A DNA stretch of 64,000 nucleotides from the NCBI GenBank assembly GCA_946403295.1, contig CAMIZL010000004.1, forward strand, positions 7,113-71,112, read 5' to 3'. Made by a program: the position numbers and the translations under genes. The notes under the pieces were generated by a model, which saw only the letters and a program-made list of their open reading frames with translations, was not told the origin of the DNA and searched no databases. Source of the DNA: an uncultured Clostridia bacterium (GTDB lineage Bacteria; Bacillota; Clostridia; Lachnospirales; Lachnospiraceae). Positions 53,931-62,915 of this stretch are shown one piece after another (the first letter of the stretch is position 1; every line of letters begins with the position of its first letter).

Positions 53931-54063
53931 GCGCAATCCTGAGTTTTGATACATAATAAACAAATCGACGGAATATTTTTCTTTAATTAACGACAGAGAT
54001 ATGCTATAATAGCAATAAGGGACATTGTTTGTTGCGATTTAAAAAACGGGAGATGAACAAATC

Positions 54064-55821
54064 ATGGACAAGACCGAAGATATTGCAAAAATCAAAAGAT
54101 ATGCCGGACTGGTTCTGGTTTATATTGCATTTATTCTCATAAACATTCTGTTCAATCGGGTGTGCGGGTTATTGGAGATCCCGCTTTATCTTGATTGCAT
54201 AGGAACGCTTCTTGCGGCCGCGCTTGGGGGATTCTTCCCGGGTATTATCGTCGGCTATGCGACAAATCTCATAAACGCGTCGGGAAGTCCCGAAACGGCT
54301 TTTTATTCGTTTATCAGTGTGTTGATAGCGGTAGCGGGAGCCTTTTTCGCCTACAAAGGATATTTTAAAAAGTTCGGAAAAACGATCCTTACCATCCCTG
54401 TTTTTGCATGGCTCGGAGGAGGGCTCGGATCGCTCCTTACGTACCTGTTATACGGATTCGGAATGGGAGAGGGTATTTCGGCTCCTTTTGCGGCAGCACT
54501 TCTTGAAAAAGGAACGCTAAATGTTTTCTGGGCTCAATTGATCTCTGATTTTTCGATAGATCTTATCGACAAAGCCGTTACGGTTTTGATCGTATTCGCA
54601 TTGCTTCACGTTATCCCGAAGAAGATCTCGGAATCGCTCGAATTAACGTCATGGCAGCAAAAACCGCTTGACAGCAACGAAATCAAAGCGACACGGGTCA
54701 CATCGGTTCCTCGCATGGCCTTAAGGACCAAGATCATTCTTATAATCGGAACCGTAATGGTGTTTGTAGCTTTTACGACATGCGTCATAAGCTATGTTCT
54801 TTATGATCAGTTCGCTGTGGAGCAGCTGGAAGCTTCGAGAAACGGAGTCGAGATGGGGATGAACGAGATAACTCTCTATGGCGTGAGATTCATCACAAAG
54901 ATTGCGGCATTGTTCATCGGATTCTTTATCGTTGTGCTTGCTTTTTGCTTATGGTATATGAGATATCATCTCACTTATCCCATAAACGCCATGACATATG
55001 CTACCCGGCAATTTGCTTACAACAGCGACAAAGCTATAGAAGAGGATGTAAAAAGGTTTGAAGCCCTGAAGATCTCGACGGGTGATGAGATAGAAACGCT
55101 CTATGATGCAGTCAAAAAGACAATGGCCGATACCGTCAAATACTTTGAGGATATGCACGAGAAGGACGTACAGATCGAAAAGATGCAGAACGGGCTCATA
55201 TACATACTCGCGGATCTAGTCGAGAGCCGTGATAAATGTACGGGCGATCATGTCAAGAAAACGGCTGCTTACGTGAGGCTGATACTCGAACTGTTGCGCG
55301 AGAGCCCCAAATACAAAGATATCGTTACGGATGAATATATCGAAGATGTATGCAACTGTGCACCTCTTCACGATATAGGCAAGATAAAAGTCTCCGACCT
55401 TATCCTCAATAAGCCCGCAAGGCTATCGGATGACGAATTTACACAGATGCAGAAACATACGGTGGCGGGAAAGAAGATCATCGAGGGTGCGATGGATCTT
55501 ACCGGAGGATCTTCGGGATATCTAAGAGAAGCGCTTAACCTTGCGACATATCATCACGAAAAGTGGGACGGCACGGGTTACCCCGAGGGACTCAAAGGAG
55601 AAGAAATACCGCTGTCCGCAAGGATCATGGCTGTTTCGGACGTGTTCGACGCACTTCTTTCGGAGAGAAGCTACAAGAAGCCGTTTACACATGAGGAGGC
55701 CATGAACATCCTAAAAGAAGGTTCGGGTAAGAATTTCGATCCCGAAATAATCAGGCTCTTCTTCGAAAACGAAGCAAAGGTCAGGGAAGTGGAAGAAGCC
55801 AACAGAAAACTTGTCTCTTAA
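54064..55821 (+). CDS. membrane-bound HD-GYP domain phosphodiesterase (c-di-GMP signalling)
   Basis: 585 aa. Multi-pass membrane N-terminal half, then HD-GYP motifs (HVKKTAAYV, PLHDIGKIKV, HHEKWDGTGYPEGL, VSDVFDAL). Confidence 0.85.
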   Translation: MDKTEDIAKIKRYAGLVLVYIAFILINILFNRVCGLLEIPLYLDCIGTLLAAALGGFFPGIIVGYATNLINASGSPETAFYSFISVLIAVAGAFFAYKGYFKKFGKTILTIPVFAWLGGGLGSLLTYLLYGFGMGEGISAPFAAALLEKGTLNVFWAQLISDFSIDLIDKAVTVLIVFALLHVIPKKISESLELTSWQQKPLDSNEIKATRVTSVPRMALRTKIILIIGTVMVFVAFTTCVISYVLYDQFAVEQLEASRNGVEMGMNEITLYGVRFITKIAALFIGFFIVVLAFCLWYMRYHLTYPINAMTYATRQFAYNSDKAIEEDVKRFEALKISTGDEIETLYDAVKKTMADTVKYFEDMHEKDVQIEKMQNGLIYILADLVESRDKCTGDHVKKTAAYVRLILELLRESPKYKDIVTDEYIEDVCNCAPLHDIGKIKVSDLILNKPARLSDDEFTQMQKHTVAGKKIIEGAMDLTGGSSGYLREALNLATYHHEKWDGTGYPEGLKGEEIPLSARIMAVSDVFDALLSERSYKKPFTHEEAMNILKEGSGKNFDPEIIRLFFENEAKVREVEEANRKLVS

Positions 55822-55854
55822 CAGAGAAGAACCGTCTCGGAGCATAAAAACGAT

Positions 55855-55895
55855 GGAAAGACGTTGCCGTATATACAGCGTCTTTTCTCTTTTTA
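55855..55895 (+). terminator. intrinsic terminator after the HD-GYP gene
   Basis: gaaagacg / 15-nt loop / cgtctttt followed by ctctttttat. Confidence 0.6.
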
Positions 55896-55920
55896 TGCCG
55901 TGTGCTATAATCATGACGAC

Positions 55921-56039
55921 CCGGGAAACTCCTCAAGGTTACGACGCGACGGGGGAAACTCCTCAAGGTTACGACGCGACCCGGGAAACTCCTCAAGGTT
56001 ATGACGCAACGGGGAAACTCCTCAAGGTTATGACGCGAC
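55921..56039. repeat. 30-bp tandem repeat (4 units) immediately upstream of hydE
   Basis: (c/g)(c/g)gggaaactcctcaaggtta(c/t)gacgc(g/a)ac units start at 55921, 55951, 55981 and 56010. The last unit is 1 nt shorter. Confidence 0.95.
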
Positions 56040-56071
56040 GGAGAAAAATTTTGGCGGAAAGACAGGACGAT

Positions 56072-57145
56072 ATGAACAAAAGCGAACATTTTAAAGAACT
56101 TGCGGATAAATTATCTAAGACCGGTGACCTTACGGATGAAGAATTCCTTGAGATCATCGAATGCCCCGATACGGAACCGGACGGATTCCTTGCGGAAAGA
56201 GCCAGGAGCGTCAGGGAAAAATATTACGGCAAAGATGTATATTTGAGGGGACTTATCGAATATTCCAACATATGCAAAAACAATTGTTATTATTGCGGTA
56301 TCCGCCGCGGTAACAAAAATGTGGAGCGTTACAGACTGACTGCCGAACAGATCGTTTCGTGCGCCGATCTCGGAACAGAGCTCGGATTCATGACGATCGT
56401 GCTTCAGGGCGGAGAAGATCCGTATTTTACGACCGACCGTATGGTTGAGATAATAAAAGCGATCAAAGAGAGACACAGCGACATCGCTGTTACACTTTCG
56501 ATCGGGGAGTCGGAGAGAGAAGATTATGAGCGCATGTTTGAAGCCGGCGCCGACAGATTCCTGCTCCGCCACGAAACGGCCGACAAGGAGCATTACAGAA
56601 TGCTTCATCCCGAGGAGATGTCTTTCGAACGCAGAATGAACTGCCTGCGTACCCTAAAAGAGATCGGATACCAGGTCGGTGCGGGCATGATGATCGGTTC
56701 ACCCTATCAGAAACCCGAACATTTATTAAAGGATCTCAGATTCCTTCAGACACTTAAGCCCGAGATGGTAGGGATCGGACCGTTTATTCCTCACCATGAT
56801 ACGGATTTTAAGGACTGCCCTGCAGGAAGTGTCGAACTTACGTTGAGGCTTTTGTCAGTCATAAGACTCATACTTCCGGATTGTTTGCTCCCCGCCACCA
56901 CGGCACTCGGAACGCTCGATCCCAAGGGCCGCGAGAAGGGGCTTCTTGCAGGAGCCAATGTCATCATGCCTAACCTTTCACCCACCGATGTGCGTGGAAA
57001 ATACCTCTTGTACGATAACAAGATATGCACGGGCGAAGAAGCGGCGGAATGCATAAAGTGCATGGAAAGACGCGTCGAAAGCGTCGGATACAGGGTGGCT
57101 ACCGTACGCGGCGATCATGCTTCTTTCTCAGCGACAACTGTTTGA
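56072..57145 (+). CDS. hydE: [FeFe]-hydrogenase H-cluster radical SAM maturase HydE
   Basis: 357 aa from ATG 56072. LRGLIEYSNICKNNCYYCGIRRGNKNVERYRL (CxxxCxxC), IVLQGGEDPYF, GADRFLLRHETAD and MVGIGPFIPHHDT closely follow the HydE pattern. The track ORF start (55811) runs through the terminator and repeat array. Confidence 0.9.
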   Translation: MNKSEHFKELADKLSKTGDLTDEEFLEIIECPDTEPDGFLAERARSVREKYYGKDVYLRGLIEYSNICKNNCYYCGIRRGNKNVERYRLTAEQIVSCADLGTELGFMTIVLQGGEDPYFTTDRMVEIIKAIKERHSDIAVTLSIGESEREDYERMFEAGADRFLLRHETADKEHYRMLHPEEMSFERRMNCLRTLKEIGYQVGAGMMIGSPYQKPEHLLKDLRFLQTLKPEMVGIGPFIPHHDTDFKDCPAGSVELTLRLLSVIRLILPDCLLPATTALGTLDPKGREKGLLAGANVIMPNLSPTDVRGKYLLYDNKICTGEEAAECIKCMERRVESVGYRVATVRGDHASFSATTV

Positions 57146-58481
57146 GTTTCAGACCGGTATTATAAAAGTCCTTTGTGGAGCATCCCGCCCTGCCGCCGCC
57201 GGCACAGGCGCATGCACATGCACATGCGCAGGAATGAGCGCAGGCGCAGGAACTGTGAACACAGGAACTGTGAACACACGAGGACCTTGTGGGAGTCGGT
57301 ATCGGTATGTGTGTTACGTGCACGCGCACATATGTATTGGGACTCGAACCGTAGCGGAATGTTCCTTCGGATGAATAGAGCTCGGGATTGACGATCTCCT
57401 TTTCCTCAACGACTTCTTCACTCTCGATAAAGCTTCGCCCGCAATATGCACATTTTTCGGCATTCTCGGGTCTCGGAGCCGCGCAGCCCGGACACTCGGG
57501 ATAATATTTGATGAGCGTACGTGTTATCTTTTTCTTGGTAGCCGGCTTAGAAGAGAGGCCGGAACCGTCTTTGTAACTTCCCCTAACTTTGCGGAGAACT
57601 ACTCGTATCAGAATATAGAATACAACCGGAAGCCAAAGCTTTGCTATTATACCTATGAATATCACGAGAAAGCCGGGTTTGTAGTCGTCTTGTTGATTGA
57701 CGCTCCAACCACCGGTGTATGGACCGAAATTGTCTGAGTTGAGCGATGAATAGCCCGAATAGCCCGAATTACTGTCGTAGGGGGAAAAATGATTCAATAT
57801 ATCCCGGTAATCCGACAGTGTGTTCATATAATCATTCGGCGCGGAAGATGTTGTTTTCGAGTCATTAAAGTTATAGGCGGTTGTCGGATATGTTACGCTG
57901 ATCTCATCGAATTTCTGACCTGCCGAAAGCGAACCATGCCAGATCAGCCGACCTTCTTCCGTAGACGCACCGTGACTCCAGGACGATGCATTTTCGGCGT
58001 TCCAACTGATCGTAAGATCATCAACCGCGATCTCATTAAACCAGCCGGGCGTGAAATAATAGACGGTCTCGCCTTCGGTGAGAACATTCATCTCATACAT
58101 ATAGTCCTGAACGATCTCGAAATCGATCGGAATGATCTCGTCTTCATAATATTGCCTGGTGAAATATATTCGGAGAATATAATCGCCGGGGCCGTTTGAA
58201 GTGGTATATAAATCCTTGATGTTGTCGCCGAGTGATCTGCAGGAAATGTTGTGGTCGTTCGGAATGCCGATATCGACCCAATCGACTGCTCCTATCGAAT
58301 CGTCGAGGACTTTCCACTCGAGATGATATTGCATTGTGAGAGTGGCATCTTCATTGACATCAACAACGATATCGTATTTTATTATCTCATCGGTAGGTGC
58401 CGCCTTGGTTCTGACGCATGAGAATAAAAACGTCAATATGAAAACAGTCGCAAGACCGGCAAAATATATTCTCTTCTTCAC
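57099..58481 (-). CDS. single-pass membrane protein: DUF2207-like ectodomain, cytoplasmic zinc ribbon and Cys-Ala repeat tail
   Basis: 460 aa with a GTG start. Signal peptide (IYFAGLATVFILTFLFSC), TM helix (GFLVIFIGIIAKLWLPVVFYILIRVVL) and zinc ribbon (CPGC...CAYC). Tail is SSCVHSSCVHSSCACAHSCACACACACAGGGRAGCS. The 3' end overlaps hydE convergently by 47 nt. Confidence 0.7.
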   Translation of the reverse strand: MKKRIYFAGLATVFILTFLFSCVRTKAAPTDEIIKYDIVVDVNEDATLTMQYHLEWKVLDDSIGAVDWVDIGIPNDHNISCRSLGDNIKDLYTTSNGPGDYILRIYFTRQYYEDEIIPIDFEIVQDYMYEMNVLTEGETVYYFTPGWFNEIAVDDLTISWNAENASSWSHGASTEEGRLIWHGSLSAGQKFDEISVTYPTTAYNFNDSKTTSSAPNDYMNTLSDYRDILNHFSPYDSNSGYSGYSSLNSDNFGPYTGGWSVNQQDDYKPGFLVIFIGIIAKLWLPVVFYILIRVVLRKVRGSYKDGSGLSSKPATKKKITRTLIKYYPECPGCAAPRPENAEKCAYCGRSFIESEEVVEEKEIVNPELYSSEGTFRYGSSPNTYVRVHVTHIPIPTPTRSSCVHSSCVHSSCACAHSCACACACACAGGGRAGCSTKDFYNTGLKLKQLSLRKKHDRRVR

Positions 58482-58490
58482 GTCTTAATG

Positions 58491-59840
58491 TCACCTCCTG
58501 AGCGGGCAGGCTCCGAGCATCAGAGCCGAGTAATCCCTGCGTTTTTTACAAGCCGTACTGTTCCAGATCGTATCCCAGTCATCCCTGAGAAAATTACCGA
58601 GGGGATCGCCCGAGAGCCAGCTTTGGCAAGGTACGACATTGCCGCCGGGAGTTATTGCCATGTTGCTGAGGCATGCTCCGCAATTGGGAGTGGAGAGAGC
58701 ATGCTCTGCGAAAAATTCGTTATCGATCCAGCCGGGGGAGGTGAAGGAGATCTCCATCCCGTTGGCATATGCGTAATCGGCCGCGTCAGCGAGAATATCA
58801 CTGATCTCTTTGACCGAAAGCTGCAACGATTCGGAGGCGTCCTTGAGCGCGTTACCGGTCGTGATAAGGCCCGAGCATGTCACGTAATTCACACCCTTTT
58901 CCTTGAGAAAACGAAGTGTCTCGACGTAGTCCTTGTTGAGCGTGCAAAGCGGTGTGTTGATGCTGAGGCTTAAGCCGGCCTTTAGTGCGTTCTCTATGCC
59001 CGCTACCGTATCGTCATAGTGGTTACCACCCACAAGTTTGTTGTGGATCTCTTTGTCGTGCGAATAGAACGTGATCTGTACGCTGTCGATCTCACTCTCG
59101 TAAAGCTTCCTGCAGTAGTCTTCGGTGAGCCTGATGCCGTTTGTGTTGAGGCGGGAAACGAACCATCTCGCGTAGCTGACGAGCTCGAAAAGGTCATCAC
59201 GCATGGTGGGCTCGCCGCCCGTGAATGTCACCTGTGAAACGCCTATGGTACGAAGTTTATCAAGAACTTCCTTCCATTGTTGCGTCGTGAGCTCTTCCTC
59301 GGAGGATCCCGTCTGGCCTGCGGCATAGCAATGAACGCAGCACTGGTTGCAATTCCAATGACCCCGTTTTTCCATGGCGCTGACCATGACGTCCATGCGG
59401 TGGGGAGCGGTCATGAGGTCCGCATAATCGCCGATGTTCATGTAGCCGATATTGGCAGAGACTTCTTCGCCGTAAGCAACCTGCTTAAAGGTTTCCATCA
59501 TGGTGTTGATGTCGCGCCGAAGCTTCTTTTTAGATGTAAAGAAAAAGACTTTTTTAACGGCTTTGCATGTGTTTGAGAGGATGTTTTCAACATCCTCGTC
59601 GCTTACCTCTTTGCCGTGATATTTGTTGACTTCCTTTATGAATTCGTTAAGCAATATGCTCCACGAATAATTTACCGGAATTATGTCCTGACCGTTTATT
59701 ATCGCGATGCTTGCACCGGGTTTCCCGTTCCTCATTTTGGGCGGGATCAGATGAATACGTACCACACCCGGACCTTCGGGGTTCAGGGTCATATGATTGA
59801 TCTGTGTGAAATTCTCCCTCATGTATTTGTTGGGGGTCAT
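58491..59840 (-). CDS. radical SAM enzyme with C-terminal SPASM/twitch-like domain
   Basis: 449 aa from ATG 59840 (GAGGAGGAAG upstream). CNQCCVHC is the CxxxCxxC cluster, and FTGGEPT is the SAM-binding motif. The C-terminal NCGACLSNMAITPGGNVVPCQSW plus two more Cys resembles an auxiliary-cluster domain. Confidence 0.85.
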   Translation of the reverse strand: MTPNKYMRENFTQINHMTLNPEGPGVVRIHLIPPKMRNGKPGASIAIINGQDIIPVNYSWSILLNEFIKEVNKYHGKEVSDEDVENILSNTCKAVKKVFFFTSKKKLRRDINTMMETFKQVAYGEEVSANIGYMNIGDYADLMTAPHRMDVMVSAMEKRGHWNCNQCCVHCYAAGQTGSSEEELTTQQWKEVLDKLRTIGVSQVTFTGGEPTMRDDLFELVSYARWFVSRLNTNGIRLTEDYCRKLYESEIDSVQITFYSHDKEIHNKLVGGNHYDDTVAGIENALKAGLSLSINTPLCTLNKDYVETLRFLKEKGVNYVTCSGLITTGNALKDASESLQLSVKEISDILADAADYAYANGMEISFTSPGWIDNEFFAEHALSTPNCGACLSNMAITPGGNVVPCQSWLSGDPLGNFLRDDWDTIWNSTACKKRRDYSALMLGACPLRR

Positions 59841-60038
59841 GCTCTTCCTCCTCTTCAGATGCGTTTTTTGCGCATTTTGGGACTGTTTTACGGTTTGTCT
59901 TTTGGTGCGGTTTTTGCGCGTCTTTTGGGTTATATATCTAACCAAGCTATATTCTAACAAAGAGGGGGGTATTGTGCAAATTATAATGAACGTATAATAT
60001 AAGGAGTCAGGGGGAGAAAACAGGGATCGGAGGAAAAA

Positions 60039-60545
60039 ATGAACAAATTACTTGTGATCGTGGATATGCAAAACGACTTTATCGGTGACGGAAGCCTCGG
60101 AACACGTGAGGCGGCTGCGATCGTTGACGGTATTGTCCGTTATGCAAAGAGTTTTGACGGCAAGGTTATAGCCACAATGGACACACATGCGGATGATTAT
60201 ATGGAAACTCAGGAGGGCAAGAAGCTTCCTGTGCCCCATTGTATCAGGATGACGGATGGATGGAAGCTTAACGGCCGGATAGAAGAAGTTGTTTCCGAAA
60301 AGATCGAAAAGGGTACTTTCGGAAGTACCGTGCTCGGTGGGCTTATCGCCGAAAACAAATATGACGTGGTTGAATTCTGCGGTGTTTGCACCGATATTTG
60401 TGTGATCAGCAACGCGCTTCTTGCCAAAGCCTTTTCACCTGAGACGACCGTCAGGGTCCTTAAGGACCTTTGCGCCGGGGTGACGCCCGAAAGTCACGAA
60501 ACCGCCCTTAAGGCGATGGCAGTTTGTCAGATTGAGATTGTTTGA
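60039..60545 (+). CDS. isochorismatase-family cysteine hydrolase (nicotinamidase-like)
   Basis: 168 aa with LLVIVDMQNDF, and EFCGVCTDICV containing the catalytic Cys. Confidence 0.85.
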   Translation: MNKLLVIVDMQNDFIGDGSLGTREAAAIVDGIVRYAKSFDGKVIATMDTHADDYMETQEGKKLPVPHCIRMTDGWKLNGRIEEVVSEKIEKGTFGSTVLGGLIAENKYDVVEFCGVCTDICVISNALLAKAFSPETTVRVLKDLCAGVTPESHETALKAMAVCQIEIV

Positions 60546-60555
60546 AGAGGCAGAA

Positions 60556-61896
60556 ATGATAAAGAAATCGAGTCAGATAAAAAAAGTGATCGCAGTGCTC
60601 ATGCTGTGTGCGTTTGTTCTTCCACTGGCCGCATTTATGGATAAACCCATCGCATCACAGGCAGCTTCGAAAAAGCCGAAACTTCCGAGATACGAAAAGT
60701 GTGATGACGGAATCTGGAGACTTAGGTCCTTAAAGACCGGCAAGAAGGATAAGAGCGGAAAAACTGACGTAAAGGCAGATGAGACTACGAGTGAAACTGT
60801 CGGGACGGAAGAGACGGTCAGGACTAATAAGATAACCGGAGAGCCGGTCGGGAAAACAACCGTGGTCTGCATGTTCGTCGGTGATCTCATGTGTCTTGCC
60901 GGACAGCAATATGACGCCGGAAAGAAGGGCAAGTATGATTTCTCGACTTCTTTTGCATATGTCGAACCGCTTTTTAAATCTGCTTCGCTCGTGAGCGGAA
61001 ATCTGGAAACTCTTGTTTCCGATTCAAATCCCTTGACGAGAAATCAAAAATATGAGAACGACCAGCCTCAATGCAACGGGCCTGAGGCTTACCTTACGGC
61101 ACTCAAAAATGCGGGGTTTGACATGCTGGTCACCGCGAACAATCATACATGTGACTGGGGACCGGTCGGTATAACAGAAACAAAAACACAGATCGATAAA
61201 ACGGGTTTCGCAAATGTCGGCACGCATTATAATGTTTCAAATAAGCAGGATGCGGGCGAGAGATATTCGATCTTTGAGATCGACGGGATCAAAATAGCCG
61301 TTTTGTCATATACACATTTGATAAATCAGCGAGAAAAGATGACCGCGTCCGAAATGAATAAGATGGTACATCTTTACGACGAAGATACAGTGACGAAGGA
61401 CATCGTTAACGCCAGGGAAAACGGAGCCGACTTTGTTGCGGTGTACCTTCATAACGGAAGGGAGAATGTTGAAGAGCTTACAAGCACGCAAATCCGTGAC
61501 AGCAAATTTGTTGCGGAGGCCGGGGCGGATCTGATACTCGGATCGCATCCGCATTGTTTGCAGCCCTGCACCTACATAAAAACTTCCGATGGTCGAAAAG
61601 TACTTTGCATGTATTCGCTCGGCAATTTTGTTTCGAGCATGGAAAGGGACATCAACAACGACACGATCATACTGAGGGCCGAGATAACCAAAAATGTCGG
61701 CAGGAAGAATATCACCGTCAAGATGAGCAAAGCGTCTTATATACCTTGTAAGGTCATGCCGTGGGACGGTTATCAATTCGTCGTTATGCCTGCAAACAAG
61801 AACCTGAACGGCGGTATCTCGAAAAACGCGCTCAAGGAGTCGCGCGAAAGGATCGGAAAGGTCATAAACGGCGTAATAAAGGAGTATGTCGGATAA
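60556..61896 (+). CDS. CapA-family (PGA_cap metallophosphatase-like) secreted protein
   Basis: 446 aa from ATG 60556. Signal peptide (VIAVLMLCAFVLPLAAF) with FVGDLM, NLETLVS, TANNHTCDWG and GSHPHCLQP motifs. Confidence 0.8.
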   Translation: MIKKSSQIKKVIAVLMLCAFVLPLAAFMDKPIASQAASKKPKLPRYEKCDDGIWRLRSLKTGKKDKSGKTDVKADETTSETVGTEETVRTNKITGEPVGKTTVVCMFVGDLMCLAGQQYDAGKKGKYDFSTSFAYVEPLFKSASLVSGNLETLVSDSNPLTRNQKYENDQPQCNGPEAYLTALKNAGFDMLVTANNHTCDWGPVGITETKTQIDKTGFANVGTHYNVSNKQDAGERYSIFEIDGIKIAVLSYTHLINQREKMTASEMNKMVHLYDEDTVTKDIVNARENGADFVAVYLHNGRENVEELTSTQIRDSKFVAEAGADLILGSHPHCLQPCTYIKTSDGRKVLCMYSLGNFVSSMERDINNDTIILRAEITKNVGRKNITVKMSKASYIPCKVMPWDGYQFVVMPANKNLNGGISKNALKESRERIGKVINGVIKEYVG

Positions 61897-61994
61897 AAAA
61901 GACAGAAAGCACGAAGGATCGAACGAAAGACGTTTGCCGCATTGATCCCTTAAATGGCAGATAATGAAAAAAGAAATAAGAAGAGGAAAGAAAA

Positions 61995-62786
61995 ATGCTA
62001 TCACCTGAGACGGGAAATAAACTTACCAAATACATATCCGACTACGTGATCTTTGACCTTGAGACAACCGGAATCTCGTACGTCAGCGATCAGGTGGTCG
62101 AGATCTCAGCCATAAAAGTAAAGAACGGAGTAGTGACGGATGAGTTCTCAACTCTTGTAAATCCCATGAGACACATCCCGAGACAGGCCTCCGCGGTAAA
62201 CGGGATCACAGATGATATGGTGGCGGACGCACCCGTGTTTGAGGCAGCACTTCGCGACTTCCTTGATTTTGTCGGCGATATGGTCCTTGTCGGACATAAT
62301 ATAGCCGCATTTGATATGAAATTCATATACAGGGATTCGATGAAGTATTTCGGTCAGACGGTAGGAAACGATTATATCGACACACTTCAGATCTCAAGGA
62401 TGTGCCTGCCTTCGCTGAGGCATCATACACTTTCGGATCTCGCTGATTATTACCACATAGACACTGCGGGAGCGCACCGCGCGCTTAATGACTGTCGCAT
62501 GAACCAGCAGGTGTTCGAACGCCTCGGAGAAGTACTTAAAAGCGGGCAGGGACTTGCAAGGAGACGCGCCGGAGCTGTCGCGTTCGGACAAAGTTCGGGT
62601 ATTGCCGGAGGCGGGGAGTGTGGAAATGCAGGTACCGGTTCTGCCGGAACGGCAAACGATCCCCCGGTCGGAGAGATCAGGGTTTGCCCGAGATGCGGCA
62701 ATCTCTTAAAGATGAGAAACGGAAAGTTCGGGGATTTCTGGGGGTGTACCGGCTATCCGAATTGCAGATATACCGAGAATGCCTAA
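61995..62786 (+). CDS. DnaQ/DEDD-type 3'-5' exonuclease fused to a topoisomerase-type C4 zinc finger
   Basis: 263 aa with Exo I (VIFDLETTG), Exo II (VGHNIAAFDMKF) and Exo III (HRALNDC). C-terminal CPRCG...FWGCTGYPNC. Confidence 0.85.
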   Translation: MLSPETGNKLTKYISDYVIFDLETTGISYVSDQVVEISAIKVKNGVVTDEFSTLVNPMRHIPRQASAVNGITDDMVADAPVFEAALRDFLDFVGDMVLVGHNIAAFDMKFIYRDSMKYFGQTVGNDYIDTLQISRMCLPSLRHHTLSDLADYYHIDTAGAHRALNDCRMNQQVFERLGEVLKSGQGLARRRAGAVAFGQSSGIAGGGECGNAGTGSAGTANDPPVGEIRVCPRCGNLLKMRNGKFGDFWGCTGYPNCRYTENA

Positions 62787-62888
62787 ATATATCAGACTAT
62801 CAGACAGAAAAAAGAAGCCGCAGCTCTTTTATTACGGGAGAGTTTGTGCAGTACAATTTAAAATAATTCACAAAGTTTTCACACAAAA

Positions 62889-62915
62889 TTAGCACTCGCC
62901 TCTTGACAGTGCTAA
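62889..62915 (+). promoter_or_regulatory. CIRCE (HrcA operator) inverted repeat
   Basis: TTAGCACTC-N9-CAGTGCTAA has one mismatch to the consensus TTAGCACTC-N9-GAGTGCTAA. Confidence 0.75.

Noticed and set aside
55811-56071. N-terminal extension of hydE (track ORF starting at 55811)
   Set aside because: It would start inside the HD-GYP gene and read through its terminator and the 30-bp repeat array. HydE homology begins at MNKSEHF (56072). Similar over-extended starts were trimmed for mazE (23668), the rSAM gene (59960), the DtxR-like gene (42989), ribF (38629), the esterase (48673), rbfA (36068) and capA (60532).
57099-57145. 47-nt convergent overlap between hydE and the Cys-tail membrane protein gene
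   Set aside because: Both ORFs are independently well supported. Convergent 3' overlaps of this size occur naturally. It does mean that no terminator separates the two genes.
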